Positions 17,194-26,741 of a stretch of DNA of 64,000 nt are shown piece after piece (positions within the stretch are counted from its first letter, which is position 1; every line of letters begins with the position of its first letter). Where the stretch lies: positions 1-64,000 of the IMG/VR virus record IMGVR_UViG_3300036376_000009, one strand, 5' to 3'. This stretch comes from a virus (lineage: Duplodnaviria > Caudoviricetes). The notes beneath the pieces are model-generated. The model did no database searches. It saw only the letters and a program-made list of their open reading frames with translations, and was not told where the DNA came from. A program made the translations under genes and the position numbers.

Positions 17194-18591
17194 ATGACCG
17201 CACTGATGCGGCAGATCGAGAACAAGCGGGCCGAGCGCGAGAAGGCTCTGGTCGACGCACGCGACGTCGCGGCGAAGGCGGAAACCGAGAAGCGGGCCAC
17301 CATGACCGCCGACGAGCGGGTCATGTTCGACAAGTGCATGGAGCTGCACAAGAAGCTCACCGACGAGGTGAACGAGCTCGAGGGCGACCTGAAGCGCCAG
17401 CGGCAGCTCGCGGACCTCGAGGACCGCAGCCGCGAGAGCCGCGGCCGCACCACCAACCCCACCGAGCCCGAGCGGCGCGGGACGGGTGGCGAGCGTGGCC
17501 GCGAACACCCCGGCGGCGATCGTCCCACCGTCCGCCGCTGGAAGCTCAAGAGCGGCGAAGTCCGCCGCATGGTGATGCGCGGCCACCGCGCCAGCCCCGA
17601 GTACCGGGCGGCCTACCGCACCTACCTGCTCAGCGGCCGGGCCAGCGGCGTCCTGGACGTGGCCGACGCCCCGCAGCACCGCTCCGACTGGGGCGGGGAC
17701 GACGTCGAGACCCGCGACATCGTCGCCGACGTCGACACCTCCGGCGGCTACCTGGTCGCCCCCATGCAGATGCAGGCCGGGCTCATCAAGGCCCTGGACG
17801 ACCTCGTGTTCGTCCGCCAGTTCGCCACGGTCATCACCGTCACCCAGGCGCAGTCGCTGGGCGAGGCGTCGCTCGACGCCGACCCCGACGACGGCGAGTG
17901 GACCGGCGAGCTCACGACCGGCACGTTCGACACCGCGATGAAGTTCGGACGCCGCGAGCTCAACCCGACGCTGTGCAGCAAGGGCATCGCCATCAGCCGC
18001 AAGATGCTGCGGCTCAACCCCTCGGCCGAGTCGTTCATCCTGGACCGCCTGGCGTACAAGTTCGCCATCACCCAGGAGAAGAACTTCCTCCTGGGCGACG
18101 GCGCCAACAAGCCGCTGGGCCTGTTCGTCGCCAGCAACGCGGGCGTCCCGACGTCCCGCGACGTCGTCTGCGGCGGGACCACGGCGTTCACCGCCGACGG
18201 CCTGATCGCGATGAAGTACGCGCTCAAGGCCGCCTACCGCAGCCGGGCCCGGTGGATGATCCACCGCAACGGCATGGAGCAGATCGCCAAGCTCAAGGAC
18301 GGCAACGGCCAGTACCTCTGGCGCCAGGGCCTGACCGCCGGCGAGCCGGACGTCATCCTGCAGCTGCCGGTGGCCGAGAGCGAGTACGTCCCGAACACCT
18401 TCACGACCGGGCAGTACGTGGCGATGCTCGCCGACTACTCGTTCTACCACATCGCCGACGCCGCGACCTTCAGCGTGCAGCGGCTGGTCGAGACCGCGGC
18501 CAAGCAGAACAAGGTCGAGTTCATCGGCCGCCTCGAGTGCGACGGCATGCCCGTCCTGGCCGAGGCCTTCGTCCGCGGCAAGCTCGGCTGA
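17194..18591 (+). CDS. Major capsid protein (HK97 fold, with N-terminal delta domain)
   Basis: Coiled-coil N-terminus; SGGYLVAP, FLLGDGANKPLG, AKLKDGNGQYLW. Confidence 0.96.
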   Translation: MTALMRQIENKRAEREKALVDARDVAAKAETEKRATMTADERVMFDKCMELHKKLTDEVNELEGDLKRQRQLADLEDRSRESRGRTTNPTEPERRGTGGERGREHPGGDRPTVRRWKLKSGEVRRMVMRGHRASPEYRAAYRTYLLSGRASGVLDVADAPQHRSDWGGDDVETRDIVADVDTSGGYLVAPMQMQAGLIKALDDLVFVRQFATVITVTQAQSLGEASLDADPDDGEWTGELTTGTFDTAMKFGRRELNPTLCSKGIAISRKMLRLNPSAESFILDRLAYKFAITQEKNFLLGDGANKPLGLFVASNAGVPTSRDVVCGGTTAFTADGLIAMKYALKAAYRSRARWMIHRNGMEQIAKLKDGNGQYLWRQGLTAGEPDVILQLPVAESEYVPNTFTTGQYVAMLADYSFYHIADAATFSVQRLVETAAKQNKVEFIGRLECDGMPVLAEAFVRGKLG

Positions 18592-18691
18592 TCGATCGGG
18601 CCGCGAAGGCCCGCCCGTTCCCGACCATCTACCCGTCCACCTTCCCGCGGCTTCTCCGCTGTTCACCTGACCTCTGACAAGGAGATCCCCC

Positions 18692-19144
18692 TTGTTCACG
18701 AACATGTTCGAGTCGGTGGAAATCATCCGCGTGTCGAACGCGGTGGCCGCCGGCACCACCAACGTCGACTGCACGGCCGTCGACTGCAGCGACTGCGACG
18801 GCGTGCTGTTTATCGCGGCCTTCGGAGCGCTGACCACCAACGCGGTCACCGCCCTCAAGGCGAACCAGTCCAACAACTCGGGCGGCTCGCCCGACGACTT
18901 CACCGACCTGGCCGGTTCCTCCGTGGCCGTCGCGGACGACCAGGACAACAAGATCGCGGTCCTGGACGTCTGCCGTCCGGGCAAGCGCTACGTCCGCGCC
19001 ACCGTTGTGCGCGGCACCGCCAACGCCGTCATCGACAGCGTGGTGGCCATCAAGTACAGGCTCCGCAAGTCCGCGGCCGTCCAGGGCTCGACCGTGGTGG
19101 CGACCTCCAAGGTCGTGACCACGCCGGCCGAGGGCACCGCCTAA
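18692..19144 (+). CDS. Putative capsid accessory/decoration protein
   Basis: Beta-rich, directly after MCP, AAGGAG SD. Confidence 0.65.
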   Translation: MFTNMFESVEIIRVSNAVAAGTTNVDCTAVDCSDCDGVLFIAAFGALTTNAVTALKANQSNNSGGSPDDFTDLAGSSVAVADDQDNKIAVLDVCRPGKRYVRATVVRGTANAVIDSVVAIKYRLRKSAAVQGSTVVATSKVVTTPAEGTA

Positions 19145-19168
19145 GCCGAGCTGATCGCGTGAGATTCA

Positions 19169-19198
19169 CCGCCGCCCCGGGGACACCCGGGGCGGCGG
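19169..19198 (+). terminator. 13-bp perfect GC hairpin, terminator-like (weak U-tract)
   Basis: CCGCCGCCCCGGG-GACA-CCCGGGGCGGCGG. Confidence 0.5.
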
Positions 19199-19241
19199 CT
19201 TCGCGGGGGATCGGCCCCGCCCAACCAGGAGACGTGCAGCC

Positions 19242-19553
19242 ATGACCACTTTCCCCGGCGCGCGGCGCGAGCAGGGCGGCCAGCAGATCACCATCCCCTC
19301 GGGCTCGTCCATCGTCATCGAAAACGGCGGCATCATCGACCTCAAGACCGGGGCGATCTTCCGGTCCAACGGCACGCAGGCCGCGCTGCTGGCGGACCTG
19401 GGCGCCACGGTCGGCACCGCCGACGGCACGGTCGCCGACGTCGGCGGCGCGTTCAACCAGACCACGCTGAATAACAACTTCCGCGACGTGGTCGCGCACA
19501 TCAACAGCATCCTCGCGGTTCTCAAGAACGCCGGGATCATGGCCAGCTCCTGA
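19242..19553 (+). CDS. Head fibre-like protein
   Basis: C-terminal INSILAVLKNAGIMAS pattern. Confidence 0.6.
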   Translation: MTTFPGARREQGGQQITIPSGSSIVIENGGIIDLKTGAIFRSNGTQAALLADLGATVGTADGTVADVGGAFNQTTLNNNFRDVVAHINSILAVLKNAGIMASS

Positions 19554-19561
19554 GTCGGAGC

Positions 19562-19852
19562 ATGGCGCAGGTCCACAAGCCCACACCACCCCGGAGACTG
19601 TTCCCCATGCTCATCAAGATGCGCACCACCGCCGCCAGCCCCGACCTGGGCGTCCTGCACGCGGAGAAGACCTACGACCTCCCCCCCGAGGACGCCAAGC
19701 CCCTGCTCGACGCCGGGTGCGCCGAGCCCGTCGTCCGCCACGCCAAGCCCGTCCCGGCGCAACGGGCCGAGACGCCCGAGACGCGGGGGCCCCGGGCCGC
19801 GGCCGAGACCGCCGGCCGCCAGCGCCGCCAGCAGCCCGCGACCGACGAGTGA
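19562..19852 (+). CDS. Small head-region protein
   Basis: Position after capsid genes; GGAG SD. Confidence 0.55.
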   Translation: MAQVHKPTPPRRLFPMLIKMRTTAASPDLGVLHAEKTYDLPPEDAKPLLDAGCAEPVVRHAKPVPAQRAETPETRGPRAAAETAGRQRRQQPATDE

Positions 19853-19984
19853 AAGACAGCGGCCCGGGGTGGTCCCGGGCCGACCCAGGGCGCGGCGCCA
19901 CCGTTCACCCGACACCCCGCCGCATCCCCGGCCCGCGGCTTGCACAGGACGCGGGCCGGGGAACCCCGGGCGTAGGAGACCGGC

Positions 19985-20587
19985 GTGCAGTACGAGCTCG
20001 TTACACCGCCGGCGTCCGAACCCGTCACCCTCGCCGAGGCCAAGGCACACCTGCGCGTCGACATCCCTGACGACGACGCGGCGATCACCGCGCTGATCAC
20101 CGCGGCCCGCCAGCGGGCCGAGACGATCACCAACCGCTCGCTCATCACGCAGACCTGGCGGGCGTGGCTGGACGGGTTCCCATCGTCGCTCGACCGCCGC
20201 GGCCAGCCGTCGTTCCGCCTGGGCCGCGGGCCGGTCGCGAGCGTCTCCAGCGTGAAGTACATCGACACCGCGGGCGCGCTGCAGACGCTCTCGCCCTCGG
20301 CGTACGTCCTGGACAACAAGGCCCAGCTCGGCCAGCACACCGTGCGCCCGGCCTACGGCTCGAGCTGGCCCGCCACCCGCGACGAGCTGGACTCGGTGCA
20401 GGTGGAGTACGTCGCGGGCTTCGGCGCGGCCAACGCCGTGCCCGAGCCCATCAAGACCGCGATGCTGCAGTACGTCGCGCACTGGTACGCCAACCGTGAA
20501 ACGGTGATCACCGGCACGATCGTGGCCGAGACGCCCATGGCCGGGGACACCCTGCTGTGGCCGTACCGGCTGGACGTGTTCGCGTGA
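19985..20587 (+). CDS. Head-tail connector (gp6-like)
   Basis: EPVTLAEAKAHLRVD...VPEPIKTAMLQYVAHWYANRE. Confidence 0.93.
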   Translation: MQYELVTPPASEPVTLAEAKAHLRVDIPDDDAAITALITAARQRAETITNRSLITQTWRAWLDGFPSSLDRRGQPSFRLGRGPVASVSSVKYIDTAGALQTLSPSAYVLDNKAQLGQHTVRPAYGSSWPATRDELDSVQVEYVAGFGAANAVPEPIKTAMLQYVAHWYANRETVITGTIVAETPMAGDTLLWPYRLDVFA

Positions 20588-20598
20588 GGGAGGTCCCC

Positions 20599-21342
20599 AT
20601 GGTCCGATCGACGCTCGTGCTCGTGGTCCTGCTCGTGCTGGTGGCGGCGCTCGCCGGGTGCGCGGAGCCCACCGTGCCCAACCCCTGGCAGCCCGAGGCG
20701 CCGCCGCTCACGGCCGAGGCGCTCGCCCGCGAGGGGCAGGTCCGCGTGGACGCCGCCGAGCGCCACGCCAAGGAGGAGGCCGAGCGGCTCGCCCGCGAGG
20801 CCGACGCCCGGCTGGCCGAGTTCGAGGACGCGGTCGCCGACCTCGAGGGCGACACCGCCGCCCAGCTGCGGGACCTCAAGCGCCGGTACGAGGCCGACGC
20901 CCGGGCCGCGGCCGACGCCGCCGCCCGCATCGGGCGCGACCTCGAGGCCACCAGGCGGAACGTCGCGGCCGCCGTCGCCCAGGGCCAGGCGGACCTCGAG
21001 CGCCAGTGGGCCCAGCGCGAGGGGATCGTCGGGCTCGTGCAGGGAGTCGCGTCCGCCGCCGCGCCGCTGACCGGCGGGCTCGACCCCGGCTGGCTGGTGG
21101 CCGCGGCCGCCGGCGCGTTCGGCCTCGGGCGGGCGGGACGCAAGGCCCTGGCGGACAAGACGTGGGACGAGGCCCAGAAGGAACTCAAGCCCGACCCGAC
21201 CGCCCAGGCCCTGGCCTCGCTGACGCCCGTCCTGGTCGCCCTGTTGGGCGGCCGGGGCCAGGGGGCCCCCGTGGCCGCCCCCGCGAGCCCGGCCCCGCAG
21301 GCGGCCGCCACGCCGCCCTCTGCGCCGTCCGGCGCGGGTTGA
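20599..21342 (+). CDS. Lipoprotein with coiled coil and C-terminal hydrophobic segments
   Basis: Signal peptide with LAGC lipobox. Confidence 0.75.
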   Translation: MVRSTLVLVVLLVLVAALAGCAEPTVPNPWQPEAPPLTAEALAREGQVRVDAAERHAKEEAERLAREADARLAEFEDAVADLEGDTAAQLRDLKRRYEADARAAADAAARIGRDLEATRRNVAAAVAQGQADLERQWAQREGIVGLVQGVASAAAPLTGGLDPGWLVAAAAGAFGLGRAGRKALADKTWDEAQKELKPDPTAQALASLTPVLVALLGGRGQGAPVAAPASPAPQAAATPPSAPSGAG

Positions 21343-21366
21343 CCTCGGCGGGGCGCCGGGAAGTAT
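21339..21366 (+). promoter_or_regulatory. Promoter-like TTGACC-N16-AAGTAT
   Basis: Repeated motif; overlaps a stop codon. Confidence 0.7.
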
Positions 21367-21402
21367 GCGAGCGCACCCCCGCCGCCTCCCAGGAGCTCCC
21401 CC

Positions 21403-21669
21403 ATGCCGGACCCCTTCGCTTCGCACGCCGACGGCCTCGGCTCCCCCGCCAGCAACGCCGCGGCCGTGACCCCCAACGACGGCGCCGACCTGGCGAACTT
21501 CAGCCGCTCGCTGTTCATCGGCGGCGCCGGCAACGTCACCGTCGACCTGGTCGGCGGCGGGACCAACGTGCAGTTCGCGAGCGTCGCGGCCGGCACCATC
21601 CTGCCGATCCGCGCGAAGCGCGTGTACGCGACCGGCACCACAGCGACGGCGATCGTCGCCCTCTGGTGA
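21403..21669 (+). CDS. Head spike base protein (RcGTA Rcc01079-like)
   Basis: DPF...SPA...TPND...SLFIGGAGNV...GTILPIRAKRVYATGTTAT. Confidence 0.8.
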   Translation: MPDPFASHADGLGSPASNAAAVTPNDGADLANFSRSLFIGGAGNVTVDLVGGGTNVQFASVAAGTILPIRAKRVYATGTTATAIVALW

Positions 21670-21737
21670 TTTCCCCGGGGCCCGGCCCGGGGCACGGACG
21701 CCCCGGGCCCGGCACCCCGCTTTCCTCGTGAGGCGCT

Positions 21738-22076
21738 ATGCGGGCCGGGACTCTCGACAGGCGGGTGACGCTGCTGCAGCCGGTGCCGGTGCGGAACGCC
21801 ATCGGCGAGGAGACCACGGCCTGGCAGACCGTCGGCCAGGCGTGGGCCAACGTCGAGGCCCTGCCCGGCGGCGAGGGGTTCGACGCGGACCGCCGCGAGC
21901 ACAAGCGCAGCGTGCGGATCACCATCCGGTACCGGCCCGGCGTGCGGGCCACCTGGCGGGTGCAGCACGACGGGGACGTGTACGAGGTGACCGACGTCCA
22001 GGAGCCCGAGCGGCGCGAGAGCCTGGTGCTGCTGGCGTTCGCGCGGGAGCCCGTGGCCGGGCCCGGGGGTGGGTGA
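21738..22076 (+). CDS. Head closure protein (SPP1 gp16-like)
   Basis: MRAGTLDRRVTL...WANV...ITIRYRPGV. Confidence 0.9.
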   Translation: MRAGTLDRRVTLLQPVPVRNAIGEETTAWQTVGQAWANVEALPGGEGFDADRREHKRSVRITIRYRPGVRATWRVQHDGDVYEVTDVQEPERRESLVLLAFAREPVAGPGGG

Positions 22077-22606
22077 TGCGCGGCGCAGCGGACGGCGTGG
22101 TGCTGGGGCTCAAGGACGTGCAGTCCCGGCTGCTCGACCTGCCCCGCAAGGTCGGCATGAGCGTGGTGCGCCGGAACCTGTACCGCGGCGCCGTGATCAT
22201 CCGCGACGAGGCCCGCACCCTGGTCGCGGTCCGGTACGGCGCCCTGCAGAAGAGCATCGCGGCGCAGACCGACCGGCTCGGCAAGGAGCGCAACGTCATC
22301 GTCATGCGCGTGCTGGTGCTGCCGAACGCGTTTCGGCTCAACGAGAAGAGCGGGCGCATCAAAAAGCAGAAGCGGAAGAAGGGCGAGCGCCGGTACTACC
22401 GCGGGGAGATCTACCCGCGCAACTACGCGCACCTGGTGGAGTTCGGCACGCAGCCCCGGCCCCAGGGCAAGGGCACCAACCCGGGCGTGCGCCCGCGGCC
22501 GTTCATGCGGGCGGCGTTCGACTTGCGCAAGGACGAGGCGCTCGACACCATCGTCCGCGGCATCCGCGACGAGGTGATCAACGGGGCGAAGGGGGGGCGG
22601 GGCTGA
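22076..22606 (+). CDS. HK97 gp10-like neck/tail protein
   Basis: YAHLVEFGT...RPRPFMRAAF. Confidence 0.9.
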   Translation: MRGAADGVVLGLKDVQSRLLDLPRKVGMSVVRRNLYRGAVIIRDEARTLVAVRYGALQKSIAAQTDRLGKERNVIVMRVLVLPNAFRLNEKSGRIKKQKRKKGERRYYRGEIYPRNYAHLVEFGTQPRPQGKGTNPGVRPRPFMRAAFDLRKDEALDTIVRGIRDEVINGAKGGRG

Positions 22607-23025
22607 TGGCGACGACGATCAACGGTGCCATCTACGAGCTGCTCACCACCGCCCGGGACCTGCCCGGCCTGGTCGGTATGCGCATCTACCCGGAGCGGCT
22701 CCCGCAAAAGGGGCTGGTCTACCCGGCGATCGTGTACCACAAGGGGGGCGGCGTCCGCTCGTATTCGAACGACGGGGACAGCGGCTTCAACCGGGCCCTG
22801 TACCAGTTCGACGTGTGGGCCGACACCCTCGAGCTCGCCGCCCAGGTGGCCCAGACGCTGCGGCTGGTGCTGTCCGGCTTCCGGGGCGACGGCCTGGGGA
22901 TCTCCATCCAGGGGATCTTCTGCGACGGCGAAGAGGAGGGGTGGGACGACGAGCGGGAGAAGTACTTCGTCAGTCTCGACTTCACGGTCCTGCACAACGA
23001 GCCCAACCAGATCGAGGCGCCATGA
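22606..23025 (+). CDS. Tail terminator/completion protein (DUF3168-like)
   Basis: RIYP...PAIVY...QFDVWA. Confidence 0.85.
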   Translation: MATTINGAIYELLTTARDLPGLVGMRIYPERLPQKGLVYPAIVYHKGGGVRSYSNDGDSGFNRALYQFDVWADTLELAAQVAQTLRLVLSGFRGDGLGISIQGIFCDGEEEGWDDEREKYFVSLDFTVLHNEPNQIEAP

Positions 23026-23315
23026 GCAATCAAGATCCAGCGGTTTTCCCCGCCGGTGTTGTCACGCTGCACCAGTGGACGATGATGCCAGACGGTTCGA
23101 CGTACATGCACCTCTGGGCGCCGGCGTGGCGCGTCATCACCGACAAAGCCACGGGCATCCCTTTCTTCCGATCGGCGGAGCACTGGCATATCGCGGCATT
23201 CGGACCCGATGGGCGACTGCTCATCCTGATCCCAGGGTGCCAGGTAAAGGGCTTTGCGACCTGCAGCGTCAACCCCCAGCTCAAAGGCGGAGCTCAGATC
23301 TACACCGCTGAGTGA
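23022..23315 (+). CDS. Hypothetical protein (less GC-biased insert)
   Basis: Coupled ORF, GAGG SD. Confidence 0.55.
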   Translation: MSNQDPAVFPAGVVTLHQWTMMPDGSTYMHLWAPAWRVITDKATGIPFFRSAEHWHIAAFGPDGRLLILIPGCQVKGFATCSVNPQLKGGAQIYTAE

Positions 23316-23317
23316 CC

Positions 23318-23345
23318 TTGACCCGGCCCCCGCGTCGGGAAGTAT
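23318..23345 (+). promoter_or_regulatory. Promoter-like TTGACC-N16-AAGTAT upstream of the tail tube gene
   Basis: Repeated motif. Confidence 0.7.
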
Positions 23346-23393
23346 CGCGCAGCACCGCACGGACGCGCGGCGCGCAACGCAAGGAGGCGGCTC

Positions 23394-23822
23394 ATGCCGG
23401 CGACGATTGCCAAGGGCGGGTTCGGGACAAAGCTGCAGAGCGACGCCACGGGCTCATTCCAGCCGGTTGCCGAGATCGGCACCGTGAGCGGCCCGCAGAT
23501 CAGCGTTGTGCTGGTCGACGCCACGCACATGGAGAGTCCCAACGGAGCGGCCGAGAAGATCGCCGTCGGCGTGCACGAGATCGGGGACATCTCCTTCGAG
23601 GCGTCGCTCATCGAGAACGACTCGACGCAGCTGCAGCTCTTCACCGACGCCCGCGCCAAGACCAAGCGCAACTGGCGCATCATCCTGCCCGGCGGCGCCA
23701 AGCGCTGGGCTGGTCCCGGATACGTCTCCAGCATCGGTGACGAGTTCCAGATGCGCGACCGCATGGTGCGCCGGGTCGTGATCACCCCGTCGGGCGACTG
23801 GGTGTTCGAAAACAACACCTGA
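23394..23822 (+). CDS. Major tail (tube) protein
   Basis: VAEIGTVSGP...DATHMES...GDISFE...VITPSG; position in the operon. Confidence 0.88.
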   Translation: MPATIAKGGFGTKLQSDATGSFQPVAEIGTVSGPQISVVLVDATHMESPNGAAEKIAVGVHEIGDISFEASLIENDSTQLQLFTDARAKTKRNWRIILPGGAKRWAGPGYVSSIGDEFQMRDRMVRRVVITPSGDWVFENNT

Positions 23823-23899
23823 TCCTGAGTCGTTGACCCCGGGGCGCCGTGGCAGTGGGCAGCGCGGCGTCCCGGGGTTCTTGTTTCGGAGGTCCGCCC

Positions 23900-24346
23900 G
23901 TGCCGTCCAAGCTCCCGACCGTCACCGTCCAGCTTTCCACCGGTCCGCGCGAGGTGGCCTTCGGCGTCGGACGCCTCGTGCAGGTCGAGACCGCGCTGGG
24001 CAAGACCGCCAACGCGATCCTGTTGGACGACCTCGCCGCGCTGGCACCCCCGTTCGAACCGGACCAGGACAAGAACAGCGACGTGGGCGGCGCCGGCGGT
24101 GGCGACGCCAAGGCCGCCGAGCACTACCAGGCCGCGGCCCGGAAGATCGGCGCCGGGTTCATGGCGAAGTTCGTGGCCGGATGCCTGGACATGACCGTGG
24201 CGCAGATCGACGTGGCGCTCGGCCCGGCCGATCTCAGGCCGGCGTTCATTGTCCTGGCCAGCGGTTTCATCGAGGCCGTGGGCCTGCTCAACGGCGCCGA
24301 GGAGCCGCCGGAGGCGGACCCTCCGAAGCCCGCGGCCGCGGGCTGA
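23900..24346 (+). CDS. Tail assembly chaperone (gpG-like)
   Basis: Between tube and TMP; GGAGG SD before GTG. Confidence 0.7.
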   Translation: MPSKLPTVTVQLSTGPREVAFGVGRLVQVETALGKTANAILLDDLAALAPPFEPDQDKNSDVGGAGGGDAKAAEHYQAAARKIGAGFMAKFVAGCLDMTVAQIDVALGPADLRPAFIVLASGFIEAVGLLNGAEEPPEADPPKPAAAG

Positions 24347-24657
24347 GCGCCCGCGAGCTGCGGGCCTGGGCGATCGTGGAGCTGGGGCTGCGGCCCGCCG
24401 ACCTCGAGGACCTGCACCCCGCCGACGTGCCGGCCCTGTGGTCAGCGTGGGAGCGGCGGGTGCGGCGCGAGGACTACCGGGCGGGGGTGATCGCCACGAT
24501 GCTGGCGGCCGCGCCCAAAGACGGGATGCCGCGCCCGACGCCCGCGACGTTCTTCCCGTCGCTCGAGCCGCTGTTCCCGCCGCCCGAGCCGGACTCGGAT
24601 GAGGAGGTCGAGCGGAAGCTGATGGCGCTGCTCGGCCATCGAGGAGGTTCCCAATGA
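24343..24657 (+). CDS. Tail assembly chaperone second part (gpT-like, -1 frame)
   Basis: Open -1 frame overlapping the gpG end and lacking an ATG start. Confidence 0.6.
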   Translation: MSARELRAWAIVELGLRPADLEDLHPADVPALWSAWERRVRREDYRAGVIATMLAAAPKDGMPRPTPATFFPSLEPLFPPPEPDSDEEVERKLMALLGHRGGSQ

Positions 24658-26654
24658 CACGCATGGCGCTGGGCGCGATCCGGATCGACCTGCTCGCCGA
24701 CGTCGCCAAGTTCGTCAGCGGGATCAACACCGCTTCGAACCGGCTGACCCGCTTCGGCTCGCAGGTGTCCGGCACCGTCAAGTCGATCGACCGCGCGTTC
24801 ACCGAGCTGGGCGGCAAGCTCACGCTGAAGGTGACCGCCCCGCTCGCGGGCCTGGCGGTGGCGGCCGTGCGGGCCGCCGACCCCACCAAGCAGATGGGCG
24901 AGCGGCTCGAGCGGCTTGGGCTGCAGGCCCAGGCCGCCATCAAGCCCCTGGGCGAGGTGCTCATCCGGCTCTTCGACGAGGCCGAGCCCACGCTGCGGGT
25001 CGGGATCGGGCTGCTCAACCAGGTGAGCGAGGCCTTCGCCGGGCTCGAGCCGCGGACGCAGAAGATGATCGTCCTGGCCGCGGGGCTGGCGGCCGCGACC
25101 GGCCCGGCCCTGCTCGCCCTGTCGGGCGTGGCCGTGGCCGCCAAGGCCGCCGGCGCCGCCATCGCCGTGCTGTACCCAGCGGCGGCCGGCCTGCTCAGCC
25201 TGAGCATCGCCATGGCCCCGGCGATCGCGGCCGTGGGCGTGGCGCTGGCGAGCTGGAAGGTGGGGGAGCAGATCTACGAGAACTTCGCGGCCGTGCAGAA
25301 GGCCGGCGCGTACATGGCGACGTCGCTGCGGACGCAGGCCGCGCTCATCCAGGAGGCGTTTGTCACCGCGTTCCGCGTGGCGGGCGCGGCGTTCAACGAG
25401 TTTGTGTCCAGCGTCACCCCGCGCATCCCCTCGGGCCTGGCGGACCTGGTCGGGCGCGTCGACGTCGGGGCCGCGGGCGTGCTGCGGAGCCTGACCGCCG
25501 CGGGCGCGGCCGTGGCCTCGGCCCAGCCCACCATCGGCGCCGAGATCGCCGCGGGCCAGGCCCGGGCCCGCGAGGCGGTGGCGCTCGAGGGCGCGGCCCT
25601 GCGCCAGACGATGGAGGACATCGACCGCCAGTTCCGGTTCAAGCCCGGCGGCGCCGGCGGCGCGGTGGTGGGCGCCACGAACGTCGTCACCGGCCTGGCC
25701 GAGAGCGTGCAGGCCAACCGCCAGGCGATCATCGACGGCGTCGCCGGCATCGGGGACGCCTTTCAGGACGCCGCGGACTGGGCGATCGAGCTGGGGGAGG
25801 CCGCGCCCCCGGCGCTGGTGATGACCAGGAAGGAGACCGACGCCGCGAAGAAGGCGGCCGAGGACGCCGCCCGCAAGATGGAGCAGCTCGCCGACCGCGT
25901 GCAGTCGATCCGCGAGGGGATCGACCCGTGGGCGAAGTTCACCGACCAGGTGAAGGACCTCGACGCCGCGCTCGCCGCCGGGATCCTCACGCTCGAGGAG
26001 CACGGGCGGCTGGTGGTCGAGCTGCGTGCGAAGTACGACGCGCTCGCGGACAAGGCCGACGACACGTTCGCGGGCAAGATGTCCAAGGCGATCACCGGGT
26101 TCAGCGACGAGGTCAGCTCGGCGTTCGCGGACCTGGTGGTCGACGGCGAGACCAGCTTCGAGGCCCTGGCCAAGAGCTTCGAGAAGATGCTGCTGAAGAT
26201 GGCGCTCAACGAGCTGGCCTTCAAGCCCATCTTCGCCGGCCTGGGCAGCGCGTTCGGGAGCCTGCTGGGGGCGCCGTCTGGTGGCACCCAGATCACGGGG
26301 ATTCCCGTGCCCAACACCCTCGAGCCGGTCGACGGTGTCCGCGACGCTGGCGGTCCTGTGCTGCCCGGTCGGCGATACCTGGTGGGCGAGCGGCGGCCCG
26401 AGCTGTTCGTGCCGAACGAGCCGGGGTATATCTTCCCGAACCCGCAGTTGGGCGGCGGCGCCGTGATGGTCCAGGTCATCGACCAGCGGGGCGGCGGCGC
26501 CCCGGTCGAGGTGTCTGAGGCGTCGGGGCCTGGCGGCCAGCGGCAGATCCAGGTGCTGGTGCGGGACGAGGTCCGCCGCCAGATCGCCCAGGGCGGGCTC
26601 GACCGGGCCCTGGGGAACAACTACGGCCTGACCCGCCGCCCCGCCTCCCGATAG
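24654..26654 (+). CDS. Tape measure protein
   Basis: Ala-rich, 666 aa; GGPVLPGRRYLVGERRPELFVP C-terminal motif. Confidence 0.93.
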   Translation: MTRMALGAIRIDLLADVAKFVSGINTASNRLTRFGSQVSGTVKSIDRAFTELGGKLTLKVTAPLAGLAVAAVRAADPTKQMGERLERLGLQAQAAIKPLGEVLIRLFDEAEPTLRVGIGLLNQVSEAFAGLEPRTQKMIVLAAGLAAATGPALLALSGVAVAAKAAGAAIAVLYPAAAGLLSLSIAMAPAIAAVGVALASWKVGEQIYENFAAVQKAGAYMATSLRTQAALIQEAFVTAFRVAGAAFNEFVSSVTPRIPSGLADLVGRVDVGAAGVLRSLTAAGAAVASAQPTIGAEIAAGQARAREAVALEGAALRQTMEDIDRQFRFKPGGAGGAVVGATNVVTGLAESVQANRQAIIDGVAGIGDAFQDAADWAIELGEAAPPALVMTRKETDAAKKAAEDAARKMEQLADRVQSIREGIDPWAKFTDQVKDLDAALAAGILTLEEHGRLVVELRAKYDALADKADDTFAGKMSKAITGFSDEVSSAFADLVVDGETSFEALAKSFEKMLLKMALNELAFKPIFAGLGSAFGSLLGAPSGGTQITGIPVPNTLEPVDGVRDAGGPVLPGRRYLVGERRPELFVPNEPGYIFPNPQLGGGAVMVQVIDQRGGGAPVEVSEASGPGGQRQIQVLVRDEVRRQIAQGGLDRALGNNYGLTRRPASR

Positions 26655-26741
26655 GGGTGGCCCCGGTCCAGAATCGGGGATAAGGTGTCACCGGCCAGGG
26701 ATGCCGCGAGGTGGGTGTAGGGGTCACCGCGGAGCGTTCCC

